Assembly: GCA_044225505.1 (NCBI GenBank)
Contig: JBGAIN010000083.1
Span: forward strand, 1 to 34,662
Reading direction: 5' to 3'
DNA: 34,662 bases
Source: Limisphaerales bacterium
GTDB lineage: Bacteria; Verrucomicrobiota; Verrucomicrobiia; Limisphaerales; SIBE01
Shown here: piece by piece, positions 28,460-34,662 of the stretch
Layout of the letters: the number at the start of each line of letters is the position of its first letter
How positions within the stretch are numbered: the first letter of the stretch is position 1
Position numbers and translations under genes: made by a program
The notes under the pieces: model-generated
Seen by the model: only the letters and a program-made list of their open reading frames with translations
What the model was told of the DNA's origin: nothing
Databases searched by the model: none

Positions 28460-28806
28460 AGCTTAACGACAGGAAAACGCAGGTGGCACCCCGTTTACTC
28501 GGGGAGGAGCGTACGCACGCCGGACAGATTCGCGACTTCTTAACGGTATACTCCATCACTCGAACCGCCCGGGCCACAATGGCCTCCTGCAGTTGCCTGA
28601 CACTCTCAGGGCTGACGTTACGGGAGGGTCAAGAAGAATGTTGCAATTTGGCGGTGCCTCACCCGGACCTGCCGTTCGCGCTCTAGGGAGCGGACGGTGG
28701 CAGGGGGCGGCTAGCGGGATCCAAACAATCCCTCAGGTATCGCGATTAGGATTGCCTCGCTTCTAGAACCATTGAAAATCAGAGGCGAACCTGGCTTCGC
28801 GGAACT

Positions 28807-30093
28807 ATGCACCAACGTATCATTTATCATGTTTTGGGCGCAATCCTCTTACTGGCGGCATGGCGGACAGCGGGTGACGTCGTGCCTTTGAAAGACGCTC
28901 AGGTTTCAGCCTCGAGCTCTGCTTCGGAACGGCAGCCATTGGGCGCGGTGGACGGAGCTCGTTTTTCAACGGAACCAGCGCACGGTTGGCAGGGCATTTC
29001 CGGAGCGCAGGGCTGGTGGTGGCAGATTCAATTTGAAATTCCTCGAAAGATCGGAGCCATTTCACAAGTCTTCGGCGATCACCCCTTTGTTCTCCGAAAT
29101 GCCCCACGCACTTATGTTTGGCAATGGAGCAATGATGGACGGCAATGGCATGATCTCGGGTCCACCTGGACCCTGCGCGAACGACGCTTGTTCCATGTGC
29201 ATCGTCTGCCTGAAGCACAATCGATTCAGTATCTCCGCATGCAAATCTCTGCGGTGACCGGCGATTGCCCGACTCTGCGGGAGATTGAGTTTTATTCCGA
29301 TCCTGCGGAGGCCATTCCGTTTCCGGATTGGATTGTGGCTGTCAATACGACCGACCGGCCGACGCTCCCGGGGCATGGCCAAGAGTTTATTCCGTTGGCC
29401 CAGTCCTGCGCAGGCTGGGGTCAAACACTGGCACAACAGGTCTGGTTAGCCGATTTTGACGAGTCCTTCATCCATGTTGAACCGCGCCCGCTCTGCGCCT
29501 TTTTGTCGGGCAACTTCAAAGATTGGTGTGAAATCGCTCGTGAACCATGGCGGGGTACCCAGGAGATTCTGCGAAACCGGTCCTTGCCCCTTTGGGCATC
29601 TTGTGGCGGCGCCCAAGGCTTGGCAATTCTGGCAGAAACTGGTGTCGATCAGCCTTGGGACTGTCCCCACTGCCGCAATCCGCAGTTTCCTCGGACACCG
29701 ATTTACACCCATATCGGCCACACCGGAACCCGGCTTTGTGGAGATTATTCAGCCTGTGTTTTTGAACGTGGCCCGCATTCTATTAAACAGGTGATCCACG
29801 ACCCAGTTTTCGAGGGATTGCCAGACTCATTTCTCGCGATGGAAAGTCATTGCGGACAGATTGAATGGCCGCCCAAGGGGTGGCAACTCATTGGCACGGG
29901 AGGAGAAGGGACTTTGACCAAGAGTCAATGTTTGCGGCTGGAGGGCTATTACATCTACGCGGCGCAATTCCACATCGAAATGGAGGGGACACCGGACGTT
30001 TCGCGGCGCATTATGCGCAACTTCTTGGGCCTGGCCAAAGCTTGGAATCAAGCAAACGGAAAGGTTGAGCACCGGCCGCAACCGGTCCCTTAA
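28807..30093 (+). CDS. Secreted discoidin (F5/8 type C)-like domain fused to a class I glutamine amidotransferase-like domain
   Basis: Signal peptide; ASSS...AVDG...W...WWQI.F...WSNDG..W...YLRM.I.....LREIEFY (F5/8C). Nucleophile elbow PLWASCGGAQ, MESH, and AQFHIE (Cys-His-Glu triad). Confidence 0.8.
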   Translation: MHQRIIYHVLGAILLLAAWRTAGDVVPLKDAQVSASSSASERQPLGAVDGARFSTEPAHGWQGISGAQGWWWQIQFEIPRKIGAISQVFGDHPFVLRNAPRTYVWQWSNDGRQWHDLGSTWTLRERRLFHVHRLPEAQSIQYLRMQISAVTGDCPTLREIEFYSDPAEAIPFPDWIVAVNTTDRPTLPGHGQEFIPLAQSCAGWGQTLAQQVWLADFDESFIHVEPRPLCAFLSGNFKDWCEIAREPWRGTQEILRNRSLPLWASCGGAQGLAILAETGVDQPWDCPHCRNPQFPRTPIYTHIGHTGTRLCGDYSACVFERGPHSIKQVIHDPVFEGLPDSFLAMESHCGQIEWPPKGWQLIGTGGEGTLTKSQCLRLEGYYIYAAQFHIEMEGTPDVSRRIMRNFLGLAKAWNQANGKVEHRPQPVP

Positions 30094-30189
30094 TACCGAA
30101 TTTTTGTTCCAAGCTGGTGAGAAAGCCCCGTGGGCTTGCAGTTATATTACGCGCAGACGCGAGGGAAATCGCTGCTCCGTCGCCTTTTG

Positions 30190-33018
30190 CTATCTGGCCA
30201 ACCGGTAATACCGAGCTTGATCAACGAATGGGACGATGAATGGACTTTCAGCGCCTTTGACCTGGCTCCATCGCGAGGCACTCTCCAGCGTGGTGGCGCT
30301 TTCGAGTTGAACTGTCGGATCCCGCCAATAGAGCACGCCTTCCGCTCCGAATCTGGCCATTTGCAGCCGCGGCGGTGCAGGGACTAGCACGCCGACTAGT
30401 TCTAGATCGAAGCTAACATCCGACGAAGTTGTTGATTCCTGATGAATTTCGACGGCGATGGTGTTTTCCCCAGCCTGCAGGCCCTGAGCGGTGAGCGTAA
30501 CGCTATCGATGGAGTTTTCTCCGGTGGACAACGCTAGAGTCGTGAAAGTGATTTGGGCTGGCGAGGGCGGAAGGTTGGCGCTGCGGAATATCTCCGCGCC
30601 GTTCAGATAGACTACGCCCGCGTCATCGCGCAACAGGCGCATGTTCATGGAGGCGATCACCGACGGATCCGCCACCGTAAACGTCTTGCGAAAGTAGTAA
30701 GTAATGTTGGTCGTGCCCAACGTCCCAACGCGGCGAATTTGCGTCGCTTCATCATTGTCGCCAAACCCGAGTTGCGCTGGCCCCTCGAGCCAGCTGCTCT
30801 CGTCGAACGCACTGGCGCGCCAGGCTGTTCCTTGATCCGATCCCTCATCGAGATAGTGCCAGGACGCGTTATACGGAATCAGCAGGATGTCCGACCTGTT
30901 GGTGTCCGCTGGCAGCAGAAAAAGCTGCGCGGCCGTGGTGATTTCCGCGCCAACCGGCGATTGCATGGAGACACGCGCCAATCCTGCCTCGGGCAAAGTT
31001 GCATTCGCCACGGTTAAGACTTTCACCGTCTCCCCTGGTCGGAAATCCAGATGGCCCATCGCGAGTGTCCCGCTTGGTGTGTCGACAGTGTAGTCCACTT
31101 GAACGTCGTGAGTCGTGAATGAGCTCAGCCGAATCGGGATGCCGTTGGCGACGTTCGCGCGGGTCACAGGATCCCAATTGGCGAATCCGATTCCGACTGC
31201 GGCGGCGCGGGGTGTGCCCATGAATGGAAGCAAGCGGGCGGCATCGCGGGTCGGATCCCAAACCAGATTGTCCGGATGATAGGCGTTCGATGCAGAAAAG
31301 TGATTTCCGTGGAAGCTCATGCGGTTGCTTCGATAATCCCATGTGTCATCCCAAGGCCGTCCGAACACGTCGCGATAGTTGTGAATTAGGATCGAGTTCG
31401 TGACGGTCAGGAATCCTGTCTTTAATCCCAAGCCGGTCGTCCCTTGATAATTATCGCCATAACGGGCGCCGACCGAATTCGCCAGGCTCAATAGACGTTC
31501 GGCGTAACAGAGCGGGGAATTGGTGCCAGTGCTCCACCCGCATTCAATACCTTGGCCCGAGTTGATCAGGATCGAATCATAGGTCAAAGTCTGCCGTTCA
31601 CCCCCGGACCAGGCGAGCGCCTCATGCAATGCCGACTCTACCCAGCAATTCGTCACGACCACGCTCCCGGCTCCGCCCGAGCCGGAGTCGATCGCGTCGT
31701 CTTTGGCAAATCCCAAGAGACTGTCTTTGAGAATGTGGGTGCCCGTTGTGAAATAGATCGCGTCGTAGTCTGCATCGGCAATGGTCGCGTTATAAACGCC
31801 GTCGATTGCAGGGAACTCGATGACCGCGGAATTGTTCACGATGACCGTGCCGCCTTCATACTCGCCTCCGGTGATCGCGCGCTGCAAGAGGCAATGATCG
31901 TAAGTGACTTCTGCATCGTAGCCGTTGCCAATCTGGCCGGCATTGTTGATCAAAAAGCAGTTGGTCAAGAATGCTTTTGCGCCCGAATGAACCAGGAGCA
32001 GCGCTTGCTCGCTGCGATGACTAACCCCTGGCGAGAAATTGAAACTGGCAGAAGCTCCTGCGCCCGTCATGATCGTCCCGTTCGCGATCAGTTCCGCAGA
32101 ACTGCCGCGCATCAAAAAACCTCCCCAAGCTCCTTCCGGGTGTTCGGGAGCGACGTGTTTTTGCGCCGTCAGGACCACGGGAGCTTCGCGTGTGCCCAGG
32201 ATCTCGATGCGGCCCGTATTCGTAATGTTCACTGACGGGTCAAGTAGGACGACCGTGCCAGCGCCGATGGTCAAGGAGTTGCCCGCTAAGACCGTGATGC
32301 TGTTGGTCACGTGAATGCGGGAGTTCGTCGGCCAGTTTGCCTCTGCCGGCAAGATTCCTGAAACAACCTGCCACGCTGGCATCGAGTCGATCTGAATGGA
32401 CTTGGCCGCAGAAAGCATTTGAATGCGCGCGTCTAAACTCAAAATTCCCGCCGTTGTTGCTGGCGCCATGAAGGCATGCCCAACGCCGCGGCGCAACGGC
32501 AGCACCAGACCCGCCGCGATGACGGTGCCGTTGACCCGGCGGGCATTGCCCGGACCATCATCCACCCAGGCAATCATCGGAATCTCCAGACCCGCGGGGT
32601 ATTCCTGCGGCGCGACGAGAAACAGTTTCGCCTCAGCGAATTCTTCGCGCCCCGAAGGAATCAGCGGGTACGGAGTCCATTCAATCAGTCCAACTTCCGG
32701 ACTTCCTCGCCGTGACGAAACGACAATGAATCGAACGGCCTGCCGCGCGCTTGACCCGTCCGATGCTTGCGTCCGTTGCACGACCAGATCGTAGTAATCC
32801 ATCGCGGTCACAACTTGCGGCACGCCCGCCGCGACCGGCTTGTCATTAAGCATCACCTCATACGTGAATCCTTCCACGGTCGGAACGGTGAAGGTGGCGG
32901 TATCGGTATAGACCGTGCGATCTGTGACGCCAACGATCAAAGAAACCTGCGCATGCAAACACCTTGTGAAAGCCAAGAGAATAACGAGCGCGAGTTTCAA
33001 TCTCAGGTAACTAATCAT
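30190..33018 (-). CDS. Secreted right-handed beta-helix protein with Calx-beta-like and galactose-binding-like domains and a C-terminal domain
   Basis: Signal peptide from ATG 33018 (MISYLRLKLALVILLAFTRCLHA). LTIGAGTVV...GT...PVV.T...WGG; DDAIDSG beta-helix repeats; GHLDFRPGETVK (Calx-beta-like); WHYLDEGSDQGTAWR...TYYFRKTF...RDDAGVVYLNG...SSDVSFDLEL. The track start 33258 overlaps the divergent gene. Confidence 0.82.
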   Translation of the reverse strand: MISYLRLKLALVILLAFTRCLHAQVSLIVGVTDRTVYTDTATFTVPTVEGFTYEVMLNDKPVAAGVPQVVTAMDYYDLVVQRTQASDGSSARQAVRFIVVSSRRGSPEVGLIEWTPYPLIPSGREEFAEAKLFLVAPQEYPAGLEIPMIAWVDDGPGNARRVNGTVIAAGLVLPLRRGVGHAFMAPATTAGILSLDARIQMLSAAKSIQIDSMPAWQVVSGILPAEANWPTNSRIHVTNSITVLAGNSLTIGAGTVVLLDPSVNITNTGRIEILGTREAPVVLTAQKHVAPEHPEGAWGGFLMRGSSAELIANGTIMTGAGASASFNFSPGVSHRSEQALLLVHSGAKAFLTNCFLINNAGQIGNGYDAEVTYDHCLLQRAITGGEYEGGTVIVNNSAVIEFPAIDGVYNATIADADYDAIYFTTGTHILKDSLLGFAKDDAIDSGSGGAGSVVVTNCWVESALHEALAWSGGERQTLTYDSILINSGQGIECGWSTGTNSPLCYAERLLSLANSVGARYGDNYQGTTGLGLKTGFLTVTNSILIHNYRDVFGRPWDDTWDYRSNRMSFHGNHFSASNAYHPDNLVWDPTRDAARLLPFMGTPRAAAVGIGFANWDPVTRANVANGIPIRLSSFTTHDVQVDYTVDTPSGTLAMGHLDFRPGETVKVLTVANATLPEAGLARVSMQSPVGAEITTAAQLFLLPADTNRSDILLIPYNASWHYLDEGSDQGTAWRASAFDESSWLEGPAQLGFGDNDEATQIRRVGTLGTTNITYYFRKTFTVADPSVIASMNMRLLRDDAGVVYLNGAEIFRSANLPPSPAQITFTTLALSTGENSIDSVTLTAQGLQAGENTIAVEIHQESTTSSDVSFDLELVGVLVPAPPRLQMARFGAEGVLYWRDPTVQLESATTLESASRWSQVKGAESPFIVPFVDQARYYRLAR

Positions 33019-33202
33019 GAGGACGGAACTTCGGGAAGGCGCATCTTCCTTTGATCTACTCCAAAAACTCTTCCGCCATGACCAAAGTGGAAACGTGTTG
33101 GGGTTGACGAGGGCAATGGAAAGGCCCTTCAAACCGTGATGGCCGAATGAATTTGCTGGCGCTTGTAGCCAAAGGCGCTTTTCTTGTGTCATATCCTTGC
33201 TT

Positions 33203-34662
33203 ATGCAAATCCCTCGGCGCACCTTGGCGTTCTCGCTCTCCGCGCTCGCGATTGTCATCTTAGGGTGGAAAGGACCGCTCTCGGTCGCTCGTGGGGCGCC
33301 GGCGCTCGACCGTCAGGCGGGCCCGGCCTCGACCAACTGGACTGCGCAGCAGGATCATCGAAACATGATGGAGCAGTTGGGCATCAAGAAGCTTCGACCC
33401 GGGCCGAGCGGTCAGCCCAGCGCCACGAATGCCGCCAACTATGACCCGGGCAAAGCGAATCCTTACCCGGATTTGCCCGACCCGTTGACGTTGAAGAATG
33501 GACAGAAAGTGGCGACGGCCGTGGCCTGGTGGAATCAGCGCCGGCCTGAGATCGTCGAGGATTTCGAGCGGGAGGTGATCGGTCGACTCCCGAAGAACGT
33601 TCCTAAAGTGACCTGGACCGTGGTAACCCAGGCGACGGATCGTGTTGTGGCCGAAATACCGGTCGTTGCCAAGCAACTCAGTGGCCTGGTTGACAATTCG
33701 GCCTACCCCGAAATCACGGTGGACATCCAGTTGATCCTGGTCACACCGGCGCGAGCCAAAGAACCCGTTCCTGTGCTTATTATGTTTGGCGGATTCTGGG
33801 GCGGTGGCTTTCCCCGGAGGCCAGGAGAACCTGCACCAGCCCGAGGCGGACCTTTCGGTGGCGGGAGCCTCGCAGACCCACCTTCGACCGATCAGCTGAT
33901 TGCCGCTGGGTGGGGCTATGCCTGGTTGAGTCCGGGGAGCATCCAAGCGGATAACGGTGCCGGCTTGACGAAGGGAATCATCGGACTGGTGAACAAAGGC
34001 CAGCCGCGCCGGCCGGAAGATTGGGGCTGCCTTCGTGCGTGGGCCTGGGGCGCAGCCCGGGCCTTGGACTATTTGGAAACGGAGAAATCCGTTAACGCCA
34101 GGAAAGTCGGAATTGAGGGAGTCTCGAGATACGGCAAGGCGGCATTGGTCACGATGGCCTTTGAATCACGCTTCGCGGTCGCTCTGGTAGGGTCGTCGGG
34201 AGAGGGAGGAGCGAAGCTCCACCGCCGCAACTTCGGCGAAGCGGTCGAGAATCTGACTGGGTCGGGTGAATACCATTGGATGGCAGGGAATTTCCTCAAA
34301 TACGGCGCGGCCGAATCGACCTTCGGCAGCAAGAACGCCAACGACCTTCCCGTGGATGCACACGAGCTCATCGCTCTTTGCGCGCCGCGTCCTGCATTCA
34401 TTAGTTACGGTGTGCCCGAGCGTGGGGATGCTCTCTGGCTTGATCAGCAGGGGAGCTTTATGGCCACGGTGGCGGCCGGTTCGGTCTACCGGCTTCTAGG
34501 AGCCAAGGACCTTGGGGTAAAGGAAGACTATCGAACGGCGGCCATGCCACCGGTGAAAACGGGCCTGCTCGATGGAGAACTCGCGTGGCGACAGCACGAT
34601 GGGGGTCACGAAGATCGGTCTAACATGAAATCGTTTCTAGCTTGGGCGAATCAACACCTGGA
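33203..34662 (+). CDS. CE15-like (glucuronoyl/acetylxylan esterase family) alpha/beta hydrolase; 3' end runs off the window
   Basis: Manual translation from ATG 33203: MQIPRRTLAFSLSALAIVILG...WTAQQDHRNMMEQLGI...LPDPL...WGCLRAWAWG...GIEGVSRYGKAAL...SSGEGG...LPVDAHELIALCAPRP...WRQHDGGH. G-x-S-R-x-G-K is the CE15 nucleophile motif. Absent from the ORF track. Confidence 0.88.
   Translation, partial: MQIPRRTLAFSLSALAIVILGWKGPLSVARGAPALDRQAGPASTNWTAQQDHRNMMEQLGIKKLRPGPSGQPSATNAANYDPGKANPYPDLPDPLTLKNGQKVATAVAWWNQRRPEIVEDFEREVIGRLPKNVPKVTWTVVTQATDRVVAEIPVVAKQLSGLVDNSAYPEITVDIQLILVTPARAKEPVPVLIMFGGFWGGGFPRRPGEPAPARGGPFGGGSLADPPSTDQLIAAGWGYAWLSPGSIQADNGAGLTKGIIGLVNKGQPRRPEDWGCLRAWAWGAARALDYLETEKSVNARKVGIEGVSRYGKAALVTMAFESRFAVALVGSSGEGGAKLHRRNFGEAVENLTGSGEYHWMAGNFLKYGAAESTFGSKNANDLPVDAHELIALCAPRPAFISYGVPERGDALWLDQQGSFMATVAAGSVYRLLGAKDLGVKEDYRTAAMPPVKTGLLDGELAWRQHDGGHEDRSNMKSFLAWANQHL

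Noticed and set aside
33019..33258. N-terminal extension of the 1022-aa ORF
   Set aside because: Overlaps the divergent esterase start at 33203, and a proper signal peptide begins only at ATG 33018.
33260..34401. Minus-strand ORFs 33260..33946 and 34069..34401
   Set aside because: Antisense to the clear CE15-like gene.

Overview
GC-rich bacterial DNA whose gene content suggests Verrucomicrobiota (Pedosphaera/Limisphaera-like); this is inferred from the H-X9-DG prepilin-type protein, ASPIC/UnbV proteins, HEAT-DUF1080 fusion and secreted LamG/PA14 proteins. Left to right: the 5' part of bioF (minus strand, truncated, absent from the ORF track); an 11-bp-unit inverted repeat; a secreted LamG-PA14-LamG protein; a coupled TPR + two CRTAC1/ASPIC-UnbV operon; a run of small plus-strand accessory genes including a palindrome-dense intergenic region; a prepilin-type protein; a small RHH-like protein; an ORF interrupted by TAG; an orphan PAS histidine kinase; a coupled hydrazine-synthase-like pair (HzsA-like + beta-propeller/diheme CcP fusion); a B12 radical SAM enzyme; a Tat Gfo/Idh/MocA oxidoreductase with a HEAT-DUF1080 partner; a discoidin-GATase1 fusion; a secreted beta-helix protein; and a truncated CE15-like esterase (absent from the ORF track). 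No tRNA, rRNA, CRISPR array, transposase or integrase was recognised. The strongest leads are the HZS-like operon, a C-terminal domain shared by two unrelated secreted proteins (candidate sorting signal), and the two non-coding palindromic structures. All family calls come from reading motifs by eye, not from database searches.
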